A stretch of 64,000 nt of DNA, from contig OZ250153.1 in the NCBI GenBank assembly GCA_965237805.1, positions 1,600,001 through 1,664,000 of the forward strand, given 5' to 3'. Position 1 is the first letter of the stretch; the number at the start of each line of letters is the position of its first letter. A model generated the notes under the pieces. That model did no database searches. It had not been told where the DNA came from and was given only the letters and a program-made list of their open reading frames with translations. The position numbers were made by a program, and so were the translations under genes. The stretch is from Gammaproteobacteria bacterium. Its GTDB lineage: Bacteria > Pseudomonadota > Gammaproteobacteria > JABABF01. This document shows positions 25,068 to 35,713 of the stretch, piece by piece.

Positions 25068-26190
25068 GGGCATGCACACCAGCTCCAGCCCGCCGTCTCG
25101 GCGACGTTTGCCATCCGCTCCCAGGCACTGCTCGCAGTGGCTGTTATTGCTGGCAGTCTGCTATTGCCTCGCCCCCGTCGCAGCGCTTGCGACCACGCCG
25201 GATGAGACCAACACCATCGCGGTATTTCGCGCGGCGAGCCCGAGCGTGGTCACGGTCAGCAGTCGCCAGTACCGCCGCTCACGCCTGTTCAGTCAGTCCC
25301 CACAGAGTGCAGGCGGATCGGGCAGCGGCTTTATTTGGGATCGGGATGGGTATATCGTCACCAACCACCATGTGATCCACAGTGCCGATATGTTGCGGGT
25401 GACCTTGGAGGGCGGTGAGAGCTACGCCGCAGAGGTGGTCGGCTCTGCCCCAGAGCAGGATTTGGCTGTGTTGCGCATCACCGAGCCCAAACGCCGCCTG
25501 CTGTCGCCGTTGCCAGTCGGCGATTCCGACCGCCTGCAGGTCGGACACAAGGTGCTTGCTATCGGTCACCCATTCGGTTTGGGGCACTCGCTCAGCGTCG
25601 GGGTCGTCAGCGCCTTGGGGCGCGAATTGCGGACCTCTGGCGGTCGCCGGGCGCGCGGTGTCATCCAGACTGATGCCGCCATCAATCCGGGCAATTCGGG
25701 CGGCCCGTTACTCAATTCCCGTGGTGAACTGGTCGGCGTTAACAGCCAGATCTACACCACCACCGGCGGCAGTCTCGGCATCGGGTTTGCCATCCCGGTC
25801 AACACGGTGCGCACAGTCGTCCCGCAGCTGATCGCGCATGGTTATGTCATCCGCCCGCGTCTTGGGGTGGAATTGCTCAACGATTTTTGGCGGCGCTCAC
25901 TCGGTGTGCAACGCGGTGTGGTGGTGGCGGGGGTGGTGCCCGGTTCACCGGCCGCCCAAGCGGGCATTGTCGGCCTGCGCTCGCAAGGCGATTCGCGGCC
26001 GACGGTGGGTGATATCATCCTCGAAGTAGATGGCGTGGAGGTCGACAACTTTGACGATGTGAACACCGCGATTGAGCAGCACAAGGTCGGCGATACCGTC
26101 AACTTGGTGCTGTTGCGCGGCACCAAGCGCAAGCGCCTCAAATTGCGGCTCTACAATCTGCCGCCGCATAATCTGCGGGAGCGGCGCTGA
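25060..26190 (+). CDS. HtrA/DegP-like trypsin serine protease with one PDZ domain and a signal peptide
   Basis: GSGSGF, IVTNHHV, DLAVLRI, IQTDAAINPGNSGGPL; C-terminal PDZ (GSPAAQAGI, GDIILEVDG). Confidence 0.93.
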   Translation: MAEGMHTSSSPPSRRRLPSAPRHCSQWLLLLAVCYCLAPVAALATTPDETNTIAVFRAASPSVVTVSSRQYRRSRLFSQSPQSAGGSGSGFIWDRDGYIVTNHHVIHSADMLRVTLEGGESYAAEVVGSAPEQDLAVLRITEPKRRLLSPLPVGDSDRLQVGHKVLAIGHPFGLGHSLSVGVVSALGRELRTSGGRRARGVIQTDAAINPGNSGGPLLNSRGELVGVNSQIYTTTGGSLGIGFAIPVNTVRTVVPQLIAHGYVIRPRLGVELLNDFWRRSLGVQRGVVVAGVVPGSPAAQAGIVGLRSQGDSRPTVGDIILEVDGVEVDNFDDVNTAIEQHKVGDTVNLVLLRGTKRKRLKLRLYNLPPHNLRERR

Positions 26191-26209
26191 GGGCTGCGCG
26201 GCACTTAGC

Positions 26210-26992
26210 TCAGGCCAGCGCGCCACCGTCGACGCGCACGAACTCGCCGTTGATATAAGAGGCATCGTCAGAGGCCAGCATGGCCACCACTGCGGCCACC
26301 TCCGCCGGTTCGCCGAAGATCGGCTGACCGCTCTCGGTATAGAGATAGCCGGTTGAGTTGCCTCCCATCAGTGAGCGCGACATGCCTTTCTCGGGCTGGA
26401 CGTTAGTCATCTCGGTGTTGACCCCAGCCGGGCACACGCAGTTGCAACGCAGCTTCTGGCTTTTGACATATTCGATGGCGATGCTGCGGGTCATCGCCAG
26501 TACCCCACCCTTGCTGGCGCTGTAGGCGGCACCGTAAGGCAAGGCCGCCAAACTGGCCGAGGAAGCGGTATTGACGATGGCACCGCCATCGCCGTCGAGC
26601 AGATGGGGCAGGGCGTAGCGGATCATCAAGAAGGTGCCGGTCAGGTTGACATCCAGCACCTTTTGCCAGCGCTCTAGCACGCTTTGATCACTGTGCTCGA
26701 AGAGCAGGATGCCGGCCATATTGCACAGCACATCGAGCCTTTGCCAGTGCTCCATGCACTCGGCGACGCTGCGCTCGCACTCGCTTGCATCGCTGATATC
26801 GAAGCTGCCGCCGACGGCGGTGCCGCCAGACTCTTGCACCATGCTGACGGTTTCTTCGACGCCCGTTCGGTTGACATCAATGAGGAAGACGCTGGCACCC
26901 TCGTCGGCCAAGCGCAGGGCAGTGGCGCGACCGATGCCGCGAGCCGCGCCAGTGACGATGGCCACTTTGTTGCTAAAACGCTGTTTGCTCAT
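26210..26992 (-). CDS. Short-chain dehydrogenase/reductase
   Basis: TGAARGIG, NMAG, YSASK, VDGG. Confidence 0.92.
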   Translation of the reverse strand: MSKQRFSNKVAIVTGAARGIGRATALRLADEGASVFLIDVNRTGVEETVSMVQESGGTAVGGSFDISDASECERSVAECMEHWQRLDVLCNMAGILLFEHSDQSVLERWQKVLDVNLTGTFLMIRYALPHLLDGDGGAIVNTASSASLAALPYGAAYSASKGGVLAMTRSIAIEYVKSQKLRCNCVCPAGVNTEMTNVQPEKGMSRSLMGGNSTGYLYTESGQPIFGEPAEVAAVVAMLASDDASYINGEFVRVDGGALA

Positions 26993-27151
26993 GAATCTTG
27001 AGTCGCCTGTAGGGAATGCTTGGTTCGTTGCCGCCCGCCGTATTTCACATGGGAGCCCAGCTGAGGTGGTTTGCTATTATAGATACTGGACATGGGCTGT
27101 GAATGCAGCGTTGCACTGGGGGGCAGATGCCGTTTCGTTTAGGGGGTTGCC

Positions 27152-27889
27152 CTGCTGTTTGATTTTGATGGCAAGGTGGTGCTGATCACTGGTGCTGGCC
27201 GTGGCATTGGCTTGGGCATCGCGCAGGTTTTGGCGGGTCGCGGTGCGCGCTTGGCCATCAACGACTACTTCGCCGAACGGGCTTTAGAGGCGGCGCGCTC
27301 ATTGCGCGACGATAGCGGTGCCGAGGCCATCGCCGTGCCGGCGGATATCTGCTCCGAGACGGCGGTGGCTACCATGGTGGAGGCTGCGGTGGCTGCCCTC
27401 GGTCCGGTGGACATCATCGTCAACAATGCTGGCATCCCGCCTGGCGGCATGGAACCCAAGCGCTTTGTCGAGACCACGCCCCAAGAATGGGACGAATATT
27501 TGGACATCAACCTGCGCGGTGTCATGCTGTGCACCCATGCGGTACTGAGCGGCATGTGTGAGCGGGGCTGGGGTCGCGTGATCAGCATTGTCTCTGAGGG
27601 GTGGCGCGCCGGTACCGGTATGGGCATCAGCGCCTATGCCGCTGGCAAGGGCGGTGCCGTCGGGCTGAGCCGACAGCTCAGCTCGGAGGTGGCTCGCGCC
27701 GGGGTCACGGTCAACTGCGTCTCCCTCGGCCCGATGGACAATATCGACATGAAGCCCACCCATATTCCGGTGGGGCGGCTCGGCTCGCCCGCCGATGTCG
27801 CCGCCGCCATCGTCTACTTGGCCTCCGACGAAGCCGCTTGGGTCACCGGGCAGGTGCTGCCGGTGAACGGCGGTCTCATCACGGCCTGA
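27152..27889 (+). CDS. Short-chain dehydrogenase/reductase (FabG-like); start uncertain (CTG 27152/27155 or GTG 27176)
   Basis: ITGAGRGIG, VNNAG, YAAGK, VTGQVLPVNGG. Confidence 0.88.
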   Translation: MLFDFDGKVVLITGAGRGIGLGIAQVLAGRGARLAINDYFAERALEAARSLRDDSGAEAIAVPADICSETAVATMVEAAVAALGPVDIIVNNAGIPPGGMEPKRFVETTPQEWDEYLDINLRGVMLCTHAVLSGMCERGWGRVISIVSEGWRAGTGMGISAYAAGKGGAVGLSRQLSSEVARAGVTVNCVSLGPMDNIDMKPTHIPVGRLGSPADVAAAIVYLASDEAAWVTGQVLPVNGGLITA

Positions 27890-27938
27890 GCGGTGCTGGC
27901 GTGGAGTTGCCGAAGCAGGCGGGGAGTATAGCGATGCA

Positions 27939-29138
27939 GTGGAGTATTCAGACCACAGCGATCTCGACGGCGGTGCCTCGGCGATGAGCGCTGCCCCGGC
28001 AGTCGCAGCCGTGCTGTTCAGTGAAGAGCAGAACCTGCTGCGCGATTCGGCGCGCGAGTTCATCGCCGCCGAGGCTCCGCTATCCGCACTGCGCAGCTTG
28101 CGCGACAGCGCTGAGTGTGGCTACTCCGAGCCGCTGTGGCAGGGCATGGTGGCGCTGGGTTGGTCGGGTATTTTGCTACCGGAGTCGGTCGGCGGCACAG
28201 ATTTTGATTGCACTGGCCTCGGTGTGGTGCTGGAGCAGTCCGGTCGCTGGTTAGCCGCCTCGCCGCTGCTCAGCACGGCGGGTCTGTGCGCCCCGTTGCT
28301 GTGTGCGGCTGGTGTACAGCAGTGGGCGCAGCAACTGGCGGCGGTGGCCCGCGGCGAGCTGACGCTGGCCTTGGCGCTGGAAGAGAGTCCGCGCCACGCG
28401 CCGTTACAGACGGCGCTGGCTGCCCGCGGTGCCGATGGCGGCTATCGCCTCAGCGGTCGCAAGCTCTTTGTGATTGATGGCCACAGCGCTCGGCAGCTGC
28501 TCGTGGTGGTGCGCGAGTCCGGCGCGCCGGGCGATGAGTCGGGTCTGACTCTGTTGTTGCTGGATGCCGAAACCGATGGTATTGAGCGCCGAGCCAGCAC
28601 CATGATCGACAGCCGCGATGCCATCGACATCGTTTTCGACAGTGTTGCGGTGCCGAGCTCTGCTGTGGTCGGTGAGCCGGGGGCGGCGTGGGAACTGCTC
28701 GCCCCGGCCTTGGATCGCGGCCGCGCCCTGTTGGCGGCGGAGATGCTGGGCGGTGCCCGCGCTGTCTTTGAGCGCACGGTAGCCTACACCAAAGAGCGCC
28801 GCCAATTCGGTGCGTTGATCGGCAGCTTCCAAGCGTTGCAGCATCGCCTCGCTCATCTCTTTGTGGAGTTGGAAATCACCCAGTCCGGAATCTACACCGC
28901 GTTGCGTGCGCTCGACAGTGGTGCCGTCGATAGTGCCGCTTTGGTCAGTGCCGCCAAAGTTCGCGCCAACGACAGCTTCCTCGAGGTGGCGGGCGAGGCG
29001 ATTCAACTGCACGGAGGCATCGGCATGACCGACGAGTTGGACATCGGTTTCTATTTCAAACGCGCCCAAGCATCGTCCCAGACATGGGGCGACAGCGCTT
29101 TCCATAATGCGCGCTATGCGGAGCTGGTGGGCTTCTGA
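27939..29138 (+). CDS. Acyl-CoA dehydrogenase family protein (alternative start 27984)
   Basis: LSGRKLFV, YTKERRQFGALIGSFQALQHRLA, IQLHGGIGMTDE. Confidence 0.92.
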   Translation: MEYSDHSDLDGGASAMSAAPAVAAVLFSEEQNLLRDSAREFIAAEAPLSALRSLRDSAECGYSEPLWQGMVALGWSGILLPESVGGTDFDCTGLGVVLEQSGRWLAASPLLSTAGLCAPLLCAAGVQQWAQQLAAVARGELTLALALEESPRHAPLQTALAARGADGGYRLSGRKLFVIDGHSARQLLVVVRESGAPGDESGLTLLLLDAETDGIERRASTMIDSRDAIDIVFDSVAVPSSAVVGEPGAAWELLAPALDRGRALLAAEMLGGARAVFERTVAYTKERRQFGALIGSFQALQHRLAHLFVELEITQSGIYTALRALDSGAVDSAALVSAAKVRANDSFLEVAGEAIQLHGGIGMTDELDIGFYFKRAQASSQTWGDSAFHNARYAELVGF

Positions 29139-29396
29139 GTTGGACTGTGCCCATTGCGGTGCACGCCACGCCAGCTGGCATGACTTGATGCGCGTCACAT
29201 TTTGGCGCATCCTTGTGCGACACACGCCGCTATATTGATATTTAATGCCGCCTGCGGCATGCTGGTTGCGCATATAGTGACATAGCGAGCTGGCATTGCG
29301 TTGCTCTGCCATCGGGGCTGGCGGGCTTGGCACCACACGACAGTGGCTTTGGTGCAATGGGGCATATTGGGGAGTGCGGTGATATAATCGACACCC

Positions 29397-31058
29397 ATGG
29401 ATACAAGCGACCAGTCGGAGCTGGACACAGCTGTTATGACCACGACGAAGGCCTCAGATATCTTCGTCCGCTGCTTGGAAAACGAGGGTGTCGAGCATGT
29501 CTTCGCGGTGCCGGGTGAAGAGAACCTCGACCTGCTCGAGTCCTTGCGCCAATCTAAAATTCGCCTGATTTTGACGCGCCACGAGCAGGGGGCGGCTTTT
29601 ATGGCCGCCACTTATGGGCGCATGACCGGCCACGCTGGGGTCTGTATGGCGACACTGGGACCTGGGGCGACCAATTTGGTCACCGCCGCTGCCTACGCAC
29701 ACCTCGGTGCCATGCCGCTGGTCATGGTGACTGGGCAGAAGCCGATACGCACCTCCAAACAGGGGCGTTTCCAGATCATTGATGTGGTGCAGATGATGCA
29801 GCCGATCACCAAATCGGCCCGCCAGATTGTCGATGCCGATATGGTGGCACCGCTAGTGCGCGATGCTTTCCGCCTCGCCGAGGAGGAGCGCCCCGGTGCG
29901 GTGCATTTGGAGCTGCCAGAGGATATTGCCGCCGAGACCACCGAGGATTGGCACCTCTACGACCCGAGTCCGGTACTGCGCCCACAAGCGGCAGAGGAGG
30001 CGGTGGAGCGGGCGGCAGAAATGATTCGCGAGGCGCATTGTCCGCTGTTGCTGGTGGGGGCAGCCGCCAACCGCCATTGGGTTTTCGAGCCCCTGACGCG
30101 CTTTGTCACCGCCTTGCAGCTGCCCTTCCTCAACACACAGATGGGCAAGGGGGTCATCAGTTGCGAGGTGGATGGTTTTCTCGGCACGGCGGCGCTGTCG
30201 GACAAAGATCTCATCCACGAAGCCTTCGAACTGAGCGATCTGGTCATCAATGTCGGTCACGATGTGATCGAAAAACCACCTTTTCTCATGCGTCGCGACA
30301 GCGCTTTCAAAGTCATCCACCTCAATTTCCAGAGTGCGGATGTCGATCCGGTCTACTTCCCGCACCATCAAGTAGTCGGCGATATCGGCAACGCCATTGA
30401 GCGCCTCGGTGCAAAACTGTCGATGGCACCCTTGCGCAGCGACCACAGCGCCCTATTGCGTCTGCGCGAGCGCATCGGCGATGCGATCCACGCCGATGAC
30501 GATGCCGCTGGCTGTCCGGTCAAGCCGCAGCGCGTGGTAGCCGAGGTGCGCAAGGGGATGGCGCAGGACGGTGTCATCGCCTTGGACAACGGCGTCTACA
30601 AGATATGGTTTGCACGCAATTATCCGACTTATCGTCCCAACACGGTGTTGCTCGACAACGCCTTGGCGACGATGGGTGCCGGACTGCCGCAGGCCATGGG
30701 GGTGGCGCTGATGTACCCGAAGCTGCAGGTGGCAGCGGTGTGCGGCGACGGTGGTTTCATGATGAACAGCCAAGAGCTGGAGACGGCCATCCGCCTCGAG
30801 TTGAATCTCTGTGTGCTGGTGTTGCGCGATGATTCTTATGGCATGATCCGTTGGAAGCAAGCGGATGCTGGCTTCCCTGATTGGGGGCTGGAATTTGGCA
30901 ATCCGGACTTCCTGCGCTACGCCGAGAGTTACGGTGCGCATGGCCACCGCGTCGAGGCTCCAGAAGACATCTCGCGCCTGTTGCGCCACGCGGCCGAGTG
31001 TGGCGGGGTCCATTTGATCGAAGTGCCTGTGGACTACAGTGAGAACGACAAAATCTAG
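29397..31058 (+). CDS. TPP-dependent acetolactate synthase large subunit-like protein (alternative start 29436)
   Basis: VPGEENLD, TRHEQGAAFMA, TLGPGATN, GDGGFMMNSQELETA TPP-binding motif. Confidence 0.92.
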   Translation: MDTSDQSELDTAVMTTTKASDIFVRCLENEGVEHVFAVPGEENLDLLESLRQSKIRLILTRHEQGAAFMAATYGRMTGHAGVCMATLGPGATNLVTAAAYAHLGAMPLVMVTGQKPIRTSKQGRFQIIDVVQMMQPITKSARQIVDADMVAPLVRDAFRLAEEERPGAVHLELPEDIAAETTEDWHLYDPSPVLRPQAAEEAVERAAEMIREAHCPLLLVGAAANRHWVFEPLTRFVTALQLPFLNTQMGKGVISCEVDGFLGTAALSDKDLIHEAFELSDLVINVGHDVIEKPPFLMRRDSAFKVIHLNFQSADVDPVYFPHHQVVGDIGNAIERLGAKLSMAPLRSDHSALLRLRERIGDAIHADDDAAGCPVKPQRVVAEVRKGMAQDGVIALDNGVYKIWFARNYPTYRPNTVLLDNALATMGAGLPQAMGVALMYPKLQVAAVCGDGGFMMNSQELETAIRLELNLCVLVLRDDSYGMIRWKQADAGFPDWGLEFGNPDFLRYAESYGAHGHRVEAPEDISRLLRHAAECGGVHLIEVPVDYSENDKI

Positions 31059-31113
31059 TTGGCTGAAGCGGGCGCTGTTCGCGTCGGTTTGGGTCGCTCT
31101 AGAGGCGATGTAG

Positions 31114-32494
31114 ATGTCAGAATTGGAAATCGTCAACGCCTATAGTCGCGCAGTTTTGCGGCGCTTGCCGCTGCTTAGTGCCGCAGAGATTGAGGCGATG
31201 TTGGAGCGCGCATCAGCGTTGCACCGGAGTGCCGATGCGCCGTTGCCACCGTGGCGGCGCTTGGAGATCTTGGAGCGCCTTGCCACTCTGATGGCCGAGC
31301 GTGCCGAGTCCTTGGCGCAGCTGATCGCCACCGAGGGGGGCAAGCCCCTGCGCGATGCCCGCGTCGAGGCCGAGCGCGCCGTCGGCGGGGTGCGCGATGC
31401 CAGCGCCGCATTGCGCAAGCTGGCAGGGGAGGAGATCCCGATGGGGCTCAGCGCCGCCAGCGTCGGACGGCTCGCCTTCACCACCCGCGAGCCGTGCGGA
31501 GTGGTGGTGGCGGTCAGCGCCTTCAATCATCCGCTCAACCTGATCGTGCACCAAGTGGTGCCGGCCATTGCCGTGGGCTGTCCGGTGATCGTCAAGCCAG
31601 CTCCGCAGGTGCCGCTGTGCTGTTTGGAGTTTGCCGAGCTCTGCGCTCAGGCTGGTCTGCCCGAGGGCTGGTTACAGCTGGCCTATTGTGGCAATGAGGA
31701 GGCCGAGCGCTTGGTGACCGACCAGCGCGTGGCTTTTTTCAGTTTTATTGGCTCATCGCGCGTCGGCTGGATGCTGCGCTCGCGCTTGGCCCCCGGCACG
31801 CGCTGCGCATTGGAGCATGGTGGGGCTGCGCCGGTCATCATGCTCGACGATGCTGACTGCGCGGCGGCGGTGCCACTACTCGCCAAGGGCGGCTATTACC
31901 ATGCTGGCCAAGTGTGTGTCTCGGTGCAGCGTGTCTTTGCCACAGCTGCGCGTGCGGGCGATTTGGCGCGGCAGCTGGCCGATTGCGCACGCGGCCTGCG
32001 TGTCGGCGACCCGCTGTTGGAAGAGACCGACATCGGCCCGCTGATCAGCCCTGCAGAGGTGGCACGCGTGGACGAATGGGTGCGCGAGGCGGTGGCCGGT
32101 GGCGGCGAGCTGCTGTGTGGTGGCGAGCGGCTCACTGAGACCAGCTACGCCGCCACCGTGGTCTTGGACCCACCTGCCGACAGCCGGCTGGCCTGCGCTG
32201 AGATCTTCGGCCCGGTCATCTCAGTGTTCAGCTGCGCCGACCGAGCAGAGGCCATCGCCCGTGCCAACAGCCTCGATGGCCTTCCAAGCGGCGGTCTTCG
32301 GGCGCGTCGGCACCTTGCTGGACACGGCGCGGCGGCTGGATGCCTCTGCGGTGATGGTCAACGACCACACCGCCTTCCGCGTCGACTGGATGCCCTTTGC
32401 CGGACGGCGCAGCTCTGGTCTCGGGGTCGGCGGCATCGGCCACACGATGGCCGATATGTCGCAGGAGAAGCTGCTGGTGATGCGCTTGGACTGA
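31114..32494 (+). pseudogene. Aldehyde dehydrogenase with a frameshift near 32277 (true lesion or assembly error)
   Basis: FNHP, KPA, FIGS, LEHGG, AGQVCVS, EIFGPV in one frame; the C-terminal AFQAAVF...MPFAGRRSSGLG...QEKL is in another frame (ORF 32099..32494). Confidence 0.85.
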
Positions 32495-32515
32495 GACCCG
32501 GCAGGGCGGTGGCGC
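32231..32515 (+). repeat. Direct repeat copy 1: ALDH 3' end plus downstream bases (copy 2 at 35442..35705)
   Basis: Near-identical sequence from GCTGCGCCGACCGAGCAGAGG to CTGAGACCCGGCAGGGCGGTGGCGC at both places. Confidence 0.95.
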
Positions 32516-32599
32516 ATCCCCGTTCTCCCCATCCTCTAGCTACCGGATGGCTTCATCTTAGCACGGCCAGCTGATTGATCAGAGCTTCCTTAAGTGGTT

Positions 32600-33460
32600 T
32601 TATCCGCTTGAATAATTAACTTTCACAAGTTTAGAGTCAATGTAATGGCCATGCGGATCAGAATCTAATTTATTCTCATCTTGCAGAAAATCAGCAGAAT
32701 AGTTTTCGTTTGACACATAAATATGCGCCTTGTTCTCGCTACAATCAAAAGCTATATTTTTTGCGGTATTCTGGGTGATTGTGTTATAGCCTGCGTAATA
32801 GTTGATATTTTCTGATGGAGCTTCTCCAATTACAATAATCTTAGGGTCGATGCTCTCTAACCAGTCAGTTGGGCTTTGCCGCTATCTCTTCCATGGTGTG
32901 GGGCATGTCGGCTTTACCTGGAGCCTATTTTCCATGAAGTCTGATTCAAGATCTCCCATCCAGAGAAATTCCGCTCCATCTTTTAAACTATATTTAACTA
33001 CACATGAAATGTTATTAGGGCTTTCACCATCCTTTACTTTCCGAGCGATTTAAAATATTCATTTGATGTGATTGGCCATAGATGCCAATGCCAGAAGATC
33101 CTCTCCCATTTAGCTTGATTCAGCAGCATCTTTTGCAGCACTCTTTTTTGAATGATCTCTCAGTTCGCAATAGCGCTTGAAATCGACTGTCTCGGATTCC
33201 TTGGTGGCTGTTGTTGCGCAATAGAAATTTTTAATTTGCATTTTTTTATCCAACGCCACTAGATTTCTTATATGGCACCGTCTGGATGCGTTGAAATAAA
33301 GCGTTCAATTCCTTTGGCTGAAGATTGCCGTTCAATCTCGATTAGAATCCATTCTTTATTTTCATCTGACATGCAACGCAATCATAGTGAAATTATCACT
33401 TTCATGCTTGATATAGAACATGTCGCCATCACCTACGGCTAGTGACTTGACGGTGCTCAT
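32600..33460 (-). pseudogene. Decayed metallo-beta-lactamase-fold (ComEC/Rec2-like) hydrolase
   Basis: Manual translation: MSTVKSLAVGDGDMFYIKH, FISTHPD, SPNNISCVVKY, FLWMGDLE, PKIIVIGEAP; multiple stops and frameshifts; AT-rich. Confidence 0.65.
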
Positions 33461-33576
33461 GAGGCTTTCTCCTGCCGCGCTATTTCGATTCGTTGCCATA
33501 GGAAGTCTGTTTATGATAAGCAGCAAGGAAAAGGATGGTAACCATTATTACAGACCAAAGGTGATGCTGGTTTCAA

Positions 33577-33602
33577 TGAGAACGACAAAATCTAGTTGGC
33601 TG
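33577..33602 (+). repeat. 26-bp exact copy of the acetolactate synthase gene's last codons, stop and downstream bases (31040..31065)
   Basis: TGAGAACGACAAAATCTAGTTGGCTG at both positions. Confidence 0.9.
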
Positions 33603-34391
33603 CGGGCCAAATTGTTTCGGTTTGTTCATAGATTCTGGCTATTAAGAGAACTATAAACAAAGCAACAAAAGTGCGGTACATATTATTCACCTCAGAGAGG
33701 AGTTCGATCTTTTCATCTTTTTTTGATGCTGAAATAAAATCCCCGTAATTTTCGTGGCTAGGTAATAGGAATTTTTTCGGCGAGTATTAGAGCCCCCACT
33801 CTACTGATGATTGCCAATAAAGTAGTAGAAGAATACACCGGTGAGGAGGCTGTCTTGTATAAACGAGCGTTGCAGGAAAGCCTCCGCCAAGATGCAAAGA
33901 CCGTCCCTGTCAACAGATAGTTGAAGATGTCGTACGATGAGAATTTATCAGATATTTCATTTGTTATCTATTTTCCTATGGTTTCCTGTTGGTGATTGTC
34001 TGCTACCCGGTCATTACCGTATACGGTTTGGCACTATACCATTATTTTAGGGAATTACATACTTGCTTGCCGCGCAAGTCAAGATCCGCATAGTCGTGGC
34101 TAGGCATGGTTTTATGGATTCGGCTCCAGCCTTGATTCGTAACAAAAAAAGCCGCTCTCGCTTGGCCTGTATCCTTATTGAGGATGAAAATGACATTTTT
34201 GTGGCCACCACGCATCATGCTATACGGCATTTTGTCAACCATGGCCACTAGCGAAGTAAGACTGCGTCACGACTGCCACAAACCGGCAATTGGGGCAGTT
34301 TGGTGGATTGGGACATGCTGAAGCCTTGGTTCGTCTAGGCCAAGCGATGGATGCACTCTTTCATGCGCTTGTTAGCGGGCCAGTCTCATCA

Positions 34392-35247
34392 TCAAAATGA
34401 ACCGCAGCGCGTAGCTATTGGTAAGAATCGATCTAGTGTTATCCGGAATTCTTGCCATGTCCTGCGCTTGCATCCAAGCCAAGACCTTCCCCAGGTGGAC
34501 TTGTAGGCACGAGTGAGCCAATAGTCGTGCCACGGTCGACGGCCTTCCTCATCTGCTGGATTTCGTTTCTCCAGTAGGCGAAGAAGTCCGGGCGGATTGA
34601 GCCTAGCGTAGATCACATCTTTGCTAATGGAGCTACCCACGCGGGGTTTGCGGTTTTCTACCCGGATTGCTGTGGCCAGCATTTCTTCCCACTCATCCAC
34701 GCGCAGCGGTATATATGTTCATAAAATTCTAATGGGAACTGGTGACCGAGCTTAATGTATTCATGAGCCAAGATGGCTTCAAATGTCTCGCGTAGTGTGC
34801 GTTTGCCGAGTCTTCATAGCCAATAGCCCATGGCAACTGGCCACACCCATTAGTGCCCTGCCCAGCATCTCTGCAGCGGCAATGCGCACACTGTGGCTTA
34901 GTCAGCGCCCCATCTTGCTTGGCGCTAAGCCAGACCTGTATCAGGTTGGGTAGCAAGAGGGCGTCAAATCCGCGTGCTCGGCCACCACGCCTCAATGTAT
35001 ACGGAATTGGGCGAAAAGTAGGAAGCGATTTATCCTTTGCTATATATGCCGACTTATGCTCTCGATTCGCATGGCAAAAAGTAGGAATCGGCTCCCAATG
35101 CGGATTGAGAGTGTGGTGCGCCCAATACGTCCTCAAGAGCGCCTGATTACCCGCGCCACAGCGCAGGCAATCTCCGCACATGCCGTCCCTAACCGCTTTG
35201 AATGATTGCGTCGGCCTTCATCTAATTTGCTTTTATTATCTTTCATG
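34392..35247 (-). pseudogene. Fragmented P63C-domain protein
   Basis: Fragments GGRARGFDALLLPNLIQVWLSAKQDGALTKPQ and DVIYARLNPPGLLRLLEKRNPADEEGRR...WLT resemble P63C-family proteins; broken across frames. Confidence 0.6.
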
Positions 35248-35441
35248 CCGCGGATAGGTGAGCCGCTTGCCAACCGCCGTAGCGAGGCGATGCGCTCCAT
35301 CGTGTGGCGCGCACATTGCCAGCTCACATGGCAGTGCTTCTGGCTCCAATTGTGGTAAACGCCATTGTAGCCGCGCTTCAGCACCGCCCAGCTCTCTATT
35401 CCATTGGTGCTGCCATGCCATTCACATACTCCCTGCCGATG
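35236..35441 (-). mobile_element. IS1595-family transposase C-terminal remnant
   Basis: STNGIESWAVLKRGYNGVYHNWSQKH and GKRLTY motifs; the 5' part is cut off at the ALDH echo. Confidence 0.75.
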
Positions 35442-35705
35442 GCTGCGCCGACCGAGCAGAGGCCATCGCCCGCGCCAACAGCCTCGATGTGGCCTTCCAA
35501 GCGCGGTTTTCGGGCGCGATATCGGCACCTTGCTGGACACGGCGCGGCGGCTAGACGGCGCGCCTTCCGCGTCGACTGGATGCCCTTTGCCGGACGGCGC
35601 AGCTCCGGTCTCGGGGTCGGCGGCATCGGCCACACGATGGCCGATATGTCGCAGGAGAAGCTGCTGGTGATGCGCTTGGACTGAGACCCGGCAGGGCGGT
35701 GGCGC
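35442..35705 (+). repeat. Direct repeat copy 2: orphan ALDH 3' end
   Basis: Encodes CADRAEAIARANSLDVAFQ...AFRVDWMPFAGRRSSGLGVGGIGHTMADMSQEKLLVMRLD*, with its own indels. Confidence 0.95.
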
Positions 35706-35713
35706 GCCGTCAG

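Noticed and set aside
29139-29396. Intergenic region as riboswitch, sRNA or sigma54 promoter
   Set aside because: No recognisable conserved structure; the TGGCA...TTGC-like motifs have the wrong GG-GC spacing.
32540-32550. CTACCGGATGG matching the IS1 right end plus TSD (53701..53711)
   Set aside because: Only 11 bp; the rest of the IR is absent, so it is compatible with chance.
34042-34248. 68-aa minus-strand ORF in the islet
   Set aside because: No recognisable motif; cannot be told apart from a gene fragment or noise.
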